A stretch of DNA of 7,498 nt from a virus (taxonomy: Duplodnaviria; Heunggongvirae; Uroviricota; Caudoviricetes), in the IMG/VR virus record IMGVR_UViG_2671180338_000015, one strand, 5' to 3'. Both the position numbers and the translations under genes were made by a program. How positions within the stretch are numbered: the stretch's first letter is position 1; every line of letters begins with the position of its first letter. The notes below the pieces were generated by a model. That model was not told the DNA's origin and ran no database searches. It worked only from the letters and a program-made list of their open reading frames with translations. Below are positions 1 through 7,267 of this stretch, in pieces.

Positions 1-438
1 GCCCATACCGGCGGCTTACCATCCGGATACTGGACCTTGTTTGTAAAAACTACGCTTTCAATAAATTTTTCCCCATAGCAACAAGGGCACTGCTTTTTAC
101 TCGCTGCGCTGCGGGCATAATCCTCAAAAGCGTACGAAGCCATAATGCGCATCACTACCGGTTTTATTTCTGCCGGAAGTTTTCTCAACGCCGCCACACG
201 ATCGCACCGACTGAGTGCATAATCTGCCAGTAATTCTGTTGCCCGCGCCCTGTCATTCATACTGATGCCCATTTTCCCCAGGAACGCAGAAAACCCCATC
301 TCAGCCCGATTCTGTGTCATGCCCTGCGCGGCCATCACATCAGTGATACTCAGCGCATCTTTTGACGTTGAGGCCGATGCATCGGTCAGGCAAGGGGATT
401 TTGGGGAGTAGTATTTCGGTAAATCTTCCAGTTTCATT
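1..438 (-). CDS. Q-like putative late-gene antiterminator, second copy; partial, 3' end lies beyond the window start
   Basis: ATG at 438..436. My translation gives MKLEDLPKYYSPKSPCLTDASASTSKDALSITDVMAAQGM... through ...QYPDGKPPVWA at the window edge, about 93% identical to the 176-aa ORF at 640..1170. Absent from the ORF track because it has no in-window stop. Confidence 0.5.
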
Positions 439-653
439 TTTTGACCTGCTCTTCATGCATTATGGGGTAAATCTTCACCCCCAGACGTCCACCAGATACT
501 GGCTGACCACGAACGATATTGATTTCATCAAACTGCTCATCGTCCATTAACACTCCCGCATGTGTCAGTGCATCCAGTGGTGCTTTCAGGATATTGTCCA
601 GGTCACGACGGCGCTTATCCGGTGGCTCTGCAATAATCTTTATCGCCAGTCTT
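434..653 (-). pseudogene. rusA: rusA 3' fragment (C-terminal about 73 codons); an ATG at 739 opens a 101-aa chimeric frame 434..739
   Basis: ORF track 434..739: after residue 26 (LSGRLAIKIIAEPPDKRRRDLDN...) it is near-identical to the C-terminus of the full rusA at 1167..1541. The first 26 residues are read from the Q-like 3' region in another frame. No good SD upstream of 739. Confidence 0.6.
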
Positions 654-1170
654 CCGGACAGGCAACTTTTACCACCTCCCTGACTTTTTTCCATTCTTCC
701 CAGTAAGACGGATACACACCTTTCGTACACTTTGCCCATACCGGCGGCTTACCATCCGGATACTGGATCTTGTTTGTAAAAACCTCGCTTTCAATAAATT
801 TTTTTCCGTGACAGCAGGGGCACTGTTTTTTGCTCGCCGCGCTACGGGCATAATCTTCAAACGCATACGAAGCCATAATACGCATCACTGCCGGTTTTAT
901 TTCTGCCGGGAGTTTTCTTAACGCCGCCACGCGATCACACCGACTGAGTGCATATTCTGTCAGCAATTCTGTTGCCCGCTCTCTGTCATTCATACTAATG
1001 CCCATTTTCCCAAGGAACGCAGAAACCCCCATCTCAGCCCGATTCTGTGTCATGCCCTGCGCGGCCATCACATCAGTGATACTCAGCGCATCTTTCGACG
1101 TTGAGGCCGATGCATCAGTCAGGCCGGGGGATTTTGGGGAGTAGTATTTCGGTAAATCTTCCAGTTTCAT
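640..1170 (-). CDS. Q-like putative late-gene antiterminator (176 aa) with a Cys cluster; last 7 codons are read out of rusA-derived sequence
   Basis: ORF track 640..1170. Sits directly downstream of rusA with an ATGA start/stop overlap at 1167..1170, the usual position of Q in lambdoid phages. Contains CPCCH plus further Cys residues, suggestive of zinc binding. Family assignment is from gene order and motif, not a search. Confidence 0.5.
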   Translation of the reverse strand: MKLEDLPKYYSPKSPGLTDASASTSKDALSITDVMAAQGMTQNRAEMGVSAFLGKMGISMNDRERATELLTEYALSRCDRVAALRKLPAEIKPAVMRIMASYAFEDYARSAASKKQCPCCHGKKFIESEVFTNKIQYPDGKPPVWAKCTKGVYPSYWEEWKKVREVVKVACPEDWR

Positions 1171-1387
1171 TTTTTGACCTGCTCTTCATGCATTATGGGG
1201 TAAATCTTCACCCCCAGACGTCCACCAGATACTGGCTGAGCACGAACGATATTGATTTCATCAAACTGCTCATCGTCCATTAACACTCCCGCATGTGTCA
1301 GTGCATCCAGTGGTGCTTTCAGGATATTGTCCAGGTCACGACGGCGCTTATCCGGTGGCTCTGCAATAATCTTTATCGCCAGTCTTC
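735..1387. repeat. Tandem direct repeat, copy B
   Basis: Same alignment as copy A. Homology ends at 653/1387, where copy A continues into the Q-like 3' end and copy B into the rusA 5' half. Confidence 0.9.
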
Positions 1388-1541
1388 CGGACAGGCTTAA
1401 TTTCAGTCGCTGCTGACGGACAATAAGCGCCACATCCCGGCGATAACGCTCACCGGCTTTTGATACAAAATATGTGTTGTCACGACGTCGCCAGTAAGTA
1501 TTCACCGTCGGCGGATAAGGTAAAATAAACTCATGGCGCAT
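1167..1541 (-). CDS. rusA: Crossover junction endodeoxyribonuclease RusA (Holliday junction resolvase), 124 aa
   Basis: ORF track 1167..1541. Shows RusA hallmarks (LPYPP..N.Y, PDKRRRDLDN, DAL, MDDEQ, GGRL) matching recalled E. coli RusA. ATG at 1541..1539 overlaps the stop of the upstream gene. Confidence 0.85.
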   Translation of the reverse strand: MRHEFILPYPPTVNTYWRRRDNTYFVSKAGERYRRDVALIVRQQRLKLSLSGRLAIKIIAEPPDKRRRDLDNILKAPLDALTHAGVLMDDEQFDEINIVRAQPVSGGRLGVKIYPIMHEEQVKK

Positions 1542-1798
1542 CAGCGCAGCACCTCCTGCACCAGTTTTTCAAACTTTCCGACTCTGGTTTCCAGCTCTGC
1601 CACACAGTCCACCAGCTCATCTACTGCTTTCTGTGCGCGATGCTTCGCCTGCATCAGTTCCCGAAGCGCGGGTACCATATCTTTACGGATAGCGTCTTTT
1701 GTTATGCCCGTTTTTTCGAGTTGTTCAGCATGACGCAGCATTTCCTGCGCGTGTTTACGCAATTGTTCAGGGGTAAAAGTCATTGTCTGGTTGTTCAA
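1541..1798 (-). CDS. Small hypothetical phage protein (80-85 aa), translationally coupled to rusA
   Basis: ORF track 1541..1798. The track start is a TTG at 1798 with GGAG about 10 nt upstream; an in-frame ATG lies at 1783. Its stop TGA overlaps the rusA ATG by one base. Product is a charged, helix-like protein. Confidence 0.55.
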   Translation of the reverse strand: MNNQTMTFTPEQLRKHAQEMLRHAEQLEKTGITKDAIRKDMVPALRELMQAKHRAQKAVDELVDCVAELETRVGKFEKLVQEVLR

Positions 1799-1918
1799 AA
1801 GAAACGCTCCATCTTACTGCTGTCAGTTCGTTTATTACTGTATCTGCGCGGATTGCCGGGCTTCATGGGAGTGGAAAGCACCCGTGCACTTTCCTGGTCC
1901 ACAGGCAGAAAATGTCCG

Positions 1919-2073
1919 TAGACTGGCCCCCTGAATCTCCAGACAACCAGTATCACTTAAATAAGTGATAGTCTTAATACTAGTTTTTAGACTAGTCATT
2001 GGAGTACAGATGATTGATGTCTTAGGGCCGGAGAAACGCAGACGGCGTACCACACAGGAAAAGATCGCAATTG
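1919..2073 (+). mobile_element. IS2 left end fragment (IRL plus first about 21 codons of orfA), cut off by the IS21-family insertion
   Basis: Sequence from TAGACTGGCCCCCTGAATCTCCAGACAACC... through the ATG at 2010 ([21 protein letters not shown]) matches my recollection of the IS2 left end and InsC/OrfA N-terminus. Homology stops near 2074. Confidence 0.7.
2010..2073 (+). pseudogene. IS2 orfA (InsC-like transposase regulator), 5' fragment only
   Basis: GGAG at 2001..2004, ATG at 2010, translation [21 protein letters not shown], then interrupted by the inserted element. Confidence 0.65.
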
Positions 2074-2132
2074 TGTCAACGCCACGATGTTTGACCGTTA
2101 TTTGCCATTTTCATGCCCGCTAAATACTTTCG

Positions 2133-4102
<1,970 letters not shown>

Positions 4103-4193
4103 GTTGATGTCCTTTCTGGTGTGAGAACCTTAAGGAAACAACATGTTGGGTGGAGCGGACAATCCAAATGGCGAATTACCGTCTTATATCACT

Positions 4194-4204
4194 NNNNNNN
4201 NNNN
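4194..4204. other. Run of 11 N: scaffold or assembly gap of unknown true length
   Basis: Literal n characters in the sequence. Lies exactly at an IS terminus and inside a rusA copy. Confidence 0.98.
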
Positions 4205-4415
4205 CACGGCGGCGCTTATCCGGTGGTTCTGCAATAATTTTTATTGCCAACCTTCCGGACAGGCTTAATTTCAGCCGCTGCTGGCGAACAATAAGCGCCA
4301 CTGCCCGGCGATAACGCTCCCCGGCTTTTGATACAAAATATGTGCTGCCACGACGACGCCAGTAAGTGTTCACCGTCGGCGGGTAAGGTAAAACAAATTC
4401 TATGCGCTCGGTCAT
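4205..4415 (-). pseudogene. rusA: rusA 5' portion (third rusA copy in the window; N-terminal about 70 codons), truncated at the gap
   Basis: ORF track 4176..4415: MTERIEFVLPYPPTVNTYWRRRGSTYFVSKAGERYRRAVALIVRQQRLKLSLSGRLAIKIIAEPPDKRRR then Xs. About 90% identical to the rusA at 1167..1541. ATG at 4415 directly follows the stop of the upstream gene (TAAATG). Confidence 0.7.
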
Positions 4416-5474
4416 TTATGCTTTCCACTTCAGAACACCCGAATTTCTCGCGTGCATTAAAAAACGAATCAGCAACAACAGCTGACTGCCGTGTTTCTCT
4501 TCAAAATCTTTTACTCCGGCATGTAGTTCGTTACGGCATTTACGGCATAACGGAATAACAAACAAATCATCAGCCTTTGTTCCCATCCCTCCCAGTCCAT
4601 GACCAATGATGTGATGCGGATCATCTGCCTGATTGCCACACGTCATGCATTTCTGCGTTTTTACCCAGCGCGTGTATACAGGCATCTCTTCCCGTTGTGA
4701 TTTCTGGCGCTGGAGATACTGAGCCGGTGACTCCGGATCAACGGCAATGCTGACCACCGTCTTTTCCTGTGGTGGGTTCTGTTGCTGGTGGACGTGAGGC
4801 AGTAACGCAATATTTTTTGTGCGCTGCTTCAGTATGCTGGTGGCTGTCTGCTCTCCCGGTATGATGTCGCTTTCACTGTACACAGAGCGAATTTTTTCCG
4901 CACGCAACCCCAGCGAACGACGTAATACCGCTTCCGGTAGCGCGTCCGCCACCTGATTGCGGACCGCCCACCAGGATAATTCAGCCAGAGATAATTCACG
5001 CTCCTGCGTACCGCTTATTGCGTGACCGATGACGTCAATCATCCATGCTGACAGGTTTTGATGAGCAAGTTGCTCGAGTGATTCGGATGTCTGGTCACGC
5101 AGCTGGTTGTCGCAGTGCCAGCACAACACCATTGCGCCGGTACCATAACGGTGAATGACGGTTTCGCTGTGATGATAATCGCCGTGTGGCCACTGGCAGG
5201 ATTTAATATGGCGCAACAGCCAGTCAGACAATGCACCAGCACCACCAGCAGCACGAATCACCCGTGCGTTACTGAAAAACGGCAGCAATGTTTTGTCTTC
5301 CACCAGCGGCTGGCGAGCGGCAGGAACGACCCCGGACGGCAGATTACGCATGCTTTTTGGTTCCGGCTCCACCAGTATTCTGCCGTTATGGAATGCTGAC
5401 ATTGATTCACGGCCTGGCTTAACGATAACCAGACCGAGTTCCGGTACCAGAACAGGTCGAAGTAATACCCGCAC
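4416..5474 (-). CDS. DUF968-like prophage protein (YdfU-like) with a C-terminal HNH-like Cys/His cluster
   Basis: ORF track, 352 aa. C-terminal CMTCGNQADDPHHIIGHGLGG...CRKCRNELH gives a CxxC...HH...CxxC...H pattern. Track start is a GTG; in-frame ATGs occur at codons 25 and 42, so the true start is uncertain. Family name is from memory of K-12 Qin ydfU, which is similar in size and position. Confidence 0.6.
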   Translation of the reverse strand: MRVLLRPVLVPELGLVIVKPGRESMSAFHNGRILVEPEPKSMRNLPSGVVPAARQPLVEDKTLLPFFSNARVIRAAGGAGALSDWLLRHIKSCQWPHGDYHHSETVIHRYGTGAMVLCWHCDNQLRDQTSESLEQLAHQNLSAWMIDVIGHAISGTQERELSLAELSWWAVRNQVADALPEAVLRRSLGLRAEKIRSVYSESDIIPGEQTATSILKQRTKNIALLPHVHQQQNPPQEKTVVSIAVDPESPAQYLQRQKSQREEMPVYTRWVKTQKCMTCGNQADDPHHIIGHGLGGMGTKADDLFVIPLCRKCRNELHAGVKDFEEKHGSQLLLLIRFLMHARNSGVLKWKA

Positions 5475-5475
5475 A

Positions 5476-5754
5476 TTACCTCCAGATCCGTTGCTGGAAT
5501 GTGCGGGACGGACGCGTTGGCCGTTCGGAGTAAGGGAGCCTGACGGAGATTATCCAGTGACGGTAGTCGAGGCTAAGGGCTTTTTTAACCTCGCATCCGC
5601 GCCTGCGGTAACACTGAATGAGCCATTCGGCCTGTTCTTCAGTGCATGGGGGATGCTGGTACCAATCAGATTTAAATGCGTGAGAGCGCCGCCCGTGCCT
5701 GCTGGCAAAGACGGCTGAATTATCAGAATTGTGTAGTCTGGAATTTTGCGCCAT
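5476..5754 (-). CDS. Hypothetical 92-aa ORF; stop abuts the DUF968-like start
   Basis: ORF track 5476..5754. ATG at 5754 has GGAG about 9 nt upstream. Composition is unusual (rich in R, H, S, W), so it may be a spurious frame over the DUF968 leader. Confidence 0.3.
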   Translation of the reverse strand: MAQNSRLHNSDNSAVFASRHGRRSHAFKSDWYQHPPCTEEQAEWLIQCYRRRGCEVKKALSLDYRHWIISVRLPYSERPTRPSRTFQQRIWR

Positions 5755-5820
5755 CGGCTTTCTCCGGTGGCACAGTGTTACTCAACAGGGGTTCAGCCCT
5801 GCGCTGAATTGTAGATGAAT

Positions 5821-6081
5821 TCACTCATCTTCAAAAGCAGAAAAACCAGCCTTAATCCCAGCTTCTTTCAGAGACGGCAACGATGTGACAAATTCATTTG
5901 CACGCGAAATAAAACCATCCGTCACAAGCCCATCCACAAAATGAATTAACGCAGCTCCACTCTTCCTTTGTTGAGACTGTAAACATTTAATACGGCAGTG
6001 GCTGACAATAGCGCCATTCTCAACGCGCACAGTATAGAGGCCATCTTCACTAAAAATTTCACGTAATTCTTCGATTTTCAT
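5821..6081 (-). CDS. Small hypothetical protein (86-87 aa) in the position held by rem in K-12 Qin
   Basis: ORF track 5821..6084 (TTG at 6084, ATG at 6081). GGAAGGA lies 8-10 nt upstream. A sigma70-like promoter sits about 80 bp upstream. Confidence 0.5.
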   Translation of the reverse strand: MKIEELREIFSEDGLYTVRVENGAIVSHCRIKCLQSQQRKSGAALIHFVDGLVTDGFISRANEFVTSLPSLKEAGIKAGFSAFEDE

Positions 6082-6163
6082 CAACAGAATCCTTCCAGAT
6101 AAATAGCACTCCCCTGTTCGGGGTCCATCCCTCTTCTCCCTGCGCGCTACTTAAGTATTTTTG

Positions 6164-6193
6164 ATTCTATTCCGGCACCATCTAAAACTTCAA
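6164..6193 (-). promoter_or_regulatory. Putative sigma70 promoter for the 5821..6081 gene: -35 TTGAAG (6193..6188), 18-bp spacer, -10 TAGAAT (6169..6164)
   Basis: Read directly on the minus strand. Lies between the hok terminator and the downstream gene. Confidence 0.35.
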
Positions 6194-6200
6194 ACGCGTT

Positions 6201-6233
6201 GAAAATAAAAACAAAAACCCGCCGAAGCGGGTT
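6201..6233 (-). terminator. Rho-independent terminator of the hok transcript: stem AACCCGC/GCGGGTT with a 4-nt loop, followed by a T-rich tract on the minus strand
   Basis: Plus strand 6216..6233 aacccgccgaagcgggtt is preceded by gaaaataaaaacaaaa, which reads as a T-rich tail on the minus strand. Confidence 0.6.
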
Positions 6234-6238
6234 AAGTG

Positions 6239-6253
6239 TGGGTGCATTGAGGA
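6239..6253 (-). promoter_or_regulatory. fbi-like 3' element of hok mRNA, complementary to the proposed 5' end (tac-like) at about 6612..6626
   Basis: Minus strand here reads CCTCAATGCACCC. The proposed mRNA 5' end reads GGGTGCTTGAGGC, whose reverse complement is GCCTCAAGCACCC, a near-perfect match. Confidence 0.45.
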
Positions 6254-6301
6254 TGCCTGACCCATCAGAGGTGGCGAGGGATTTCTCCCCCGCCTGGTCT
6301 C

Positions 6302-6457
6302 TTACTCCTCAGGTTCGTAAGCTGTGAAGACAGCGACCTCCGTCTGGCCGGTTCGAATTCGTACCTCGCAGAGGTCTTTCCTCGTTACCAGTGCCGTCAC
6401 TATGACGGTTAAACAGATGACGATCAGGGCGATTAACATCGCCTTTTGCTGCTTCAT
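6302..6457 (-). CDS. hok: Hok-family type I toxin (51 aa, small membrane peptide), HokD/RelF-like
   Basis: Internal ATG of ORF 6302..6514 gives MKQQKAMLIALIVICLTVIVTALVTRKDLCEVRIRTGQTEVAVFTAYEPEE. AAGGAGAAG SD lies about 7 nt upstream. Classic Hok length, hydrophobic N-terminus and LCEVRIR motif. Confidence 0.9.
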   Translation of the reverse strand: MKQQKAMLIALIVICLTVIVTALVTRKDLCEVRIRTGQTEVAVFTAYEPEE

Positions 6458-6514
6458 AGCCTGCTTCTCCTTGCCTTTCGGCACGTAAGAGGCTAACCTA
6501 GATTTGCCGTTCAT
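6302..6514 (-). CDS. mok: mok-like 70-codon reading frame, in frame with and extending upstream of hok
   Basis: ORF track 6302..6514, ATG at 6514 with GAGG about 9 nt upstream. K-12 mokC/hokC are annotated with a shared stop in the same way, as I recall. Confidence 0.45.
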   Translation of the reverse strand: MNGKSRLASYVPKGKEKQAMKQQKAMLIALIVICLTVIVTALVTRKDLCEVRIRTGQTEVAVFTAYEPEE

Positions 6515-6582
6515 AGATTGAGCCTCAGATTAATGTTAAGCGTCTTGCCGGACGCGTAATGTTAACTGGGGCTTTTCTCTAT
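6500..6582 (+). ncRNA. Candidate Sok-like antisense RNA region, opposite the mok translation start; boundaries not determined
   Basis: Placed by analogy with hok/sok loci. Plus strand has a possible weak promoter (TTGCCT 6471..6476, TAACCT 6494..6499), a stem-loop at 6536..6559 and a T-run at 6572..6575. No single element is strong. Confidence 0.25.
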
Positions 6583-6633
6583 CTGCCTTTTGGTGTTCAT
6601 GCCTGAGACAGATAGCCTCAAGCACCCGCTGCA

Positions 6634-6661
6634 ATTCTACTTAACTCTCCTTTTCCCGCAA
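6634..6661 (-). promoter_or_regulatory. Putative hok promoter: -35 TTGCGG (6661..6656), 16-bp spacer, -10 TAGAAT (6639..6634); transcript start near 6626
   Basis: Read on the minus strand. Downstream 5' sequence GGGTGCTTGAGGCTATCTGTCTCAGGC resembles the 5' end of plasmid R1 hok mRNA as I recall it, and is complementary to the 3' fbi-like element. Confidence 0.45.
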
Positions 6662-6748
6662 ACCGTTTTTATCCCCAGCGGCAAATCGAATACACCACCA
6701 GCGCCACCGCCATCGCAATTCCTACCGTTGTTAATGCTTCAGGCCAGG

Positions 6749-7093
6749 TCATCGTAAAATATCCTCCACGCTTATCAGTCCGTTCCGCTCCAGATAACTC
6801 ATCGCCTTATCCGGTAATTTGCAGTCTGGCTTCGCTTTTCTCAGTTGCCAGGTTAACTGCTTTACCAGCATGGTTAACTCATCGACCAGACGCTGATATC
6901 CCACTGGTTTGTATTCATGCAATTTACCGGCTGGCTCTGCTGCCAGCGATACCAGTGCGATTTCCAGAACAGCAATATCCATCTTATATGTGCGGATGAT
7001 GTCATGGTCGATTGTGCCCGGTATGCACAGTCTCTGTGCTTCAATAGTCTCCTCTGCGTGAGCTATTAACTGCTCTCTGGTAAAAGTCGTCAT
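6749..7093 (-). CDS. Hypothetical 114-aa protein, second gene of the small-gene cassette upstream of hok
   Basis: ORF track 6749..7093. ATG overlaps the stop of the 55-codon ORF (ATGA); AAGAAGGGG lies about 8 nt upstream. No family recognised; it is not RelE-like. Confidence 0.6.
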   Translation of the reverse strand: MTTFTREQLIAHAEETIEAQRLCIPGTIDHDIIRTYKMDIAVLEIALVSLAAEPAGKLHEYKPVGYQRLVDELTMLVKQLTWQLRKAKPDCKLPDKAMSYLERNGLISVEDILR

Positions 7094-7257
7094 GCCGTAG
7101 CCCCTTCTTGATATTTTTCAAACCAGAACACAACCGGCTCTGCTTCCAGCGATGCCAGCGCAATCCGTGCCAGTTCCATTTGTTCACCACGGGTAAGCCC
7201 GTTTTCAAGCGGGTTTTTAATGAACAATTCAATACGTTCTTTGGTAATAGTGGTCAT
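7090..7257 (-). CDS. Hypothetical 55-aa acidic protein, absent from the supplied ORF track (below its length cut-off)
   Basis: My translation of the minus strand gives [55 protein letters not shown]. Canonical SD AAGGAG (7269..7264) lies 6 nt upstream of the ATG at 7257. TGA at 7092..7090 overlaps the next ATG. Confidence 0.6.
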   Translation of the reverse strand: MTTITKERIELFIKNPLENGLTRGEQMELARIALASLEAEPVVFWFEKYQEGATA

Positions 7258-7267
7258 GTGTTACTCC

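Larger units (their letters stand above)
1..653. repeat. Tandem direct repeat, copy A (about 734-bp period); matches 735..1387 at about 94% identity overall
   Basis: Manual alignment of 1..653 to 735..1387 with no indels seen. Divergence is uneven: about 31 substitutions in 1..300 and about 5 in 301..653 (hand-counted). Confidence 0.9.

Noticed and set aside
362-1283. Plus-strand ORFs 362..550 and 1101..1283 (nearly identical 60-62 aa products) and minus-strand 669..866
   Set aside because: The two plus-strand ORFs are the same antisense frame of the rusA/Q junction, appearing twice only because of the tandem repeat. 669..866 is an alternative frame inside the Q-like gene.
1953-1972. Perfect palindrome TATCACTTAAATAAGTGATA resembling a lambdoid repressor operator
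   Set aside because: It lies inside the IS2 left terminal region (IS2 homology starts at about 1919 and continues into orfA), so it is best explained as part of the IS2 end and promoter region, not a phage operator.
1533-2053. ORFs 1533..1733 (+), 1640..1921 (+), 1783..1968 (+) and 1835..2053 (-)
   Set aside because: They are antisense to the 85-aa gene or span the IS2 terminus and operon leader. None has a ribosome-binding site or coherent product.
4216-5718. ORFs 4216..4428, 4328..4558, 5039..5254, 5115..5399, 5258..5476 and 5293..5718
   Set aside because: These are overlapping or antisense frames inside the rusA fragment and the DUF968-like gene. The long minus-strand frame carrying the Cys/His motif is the convincing one.
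6749-7257. Looked for relB/relE upstream of hok, as in the K-12 relBEF operon
   Set aside because: Neither the 55-aa nor the 114-aa product resembles RelB or RelE as I recall them, so no relBE call is made; the cassette is reported as uncharacterised.
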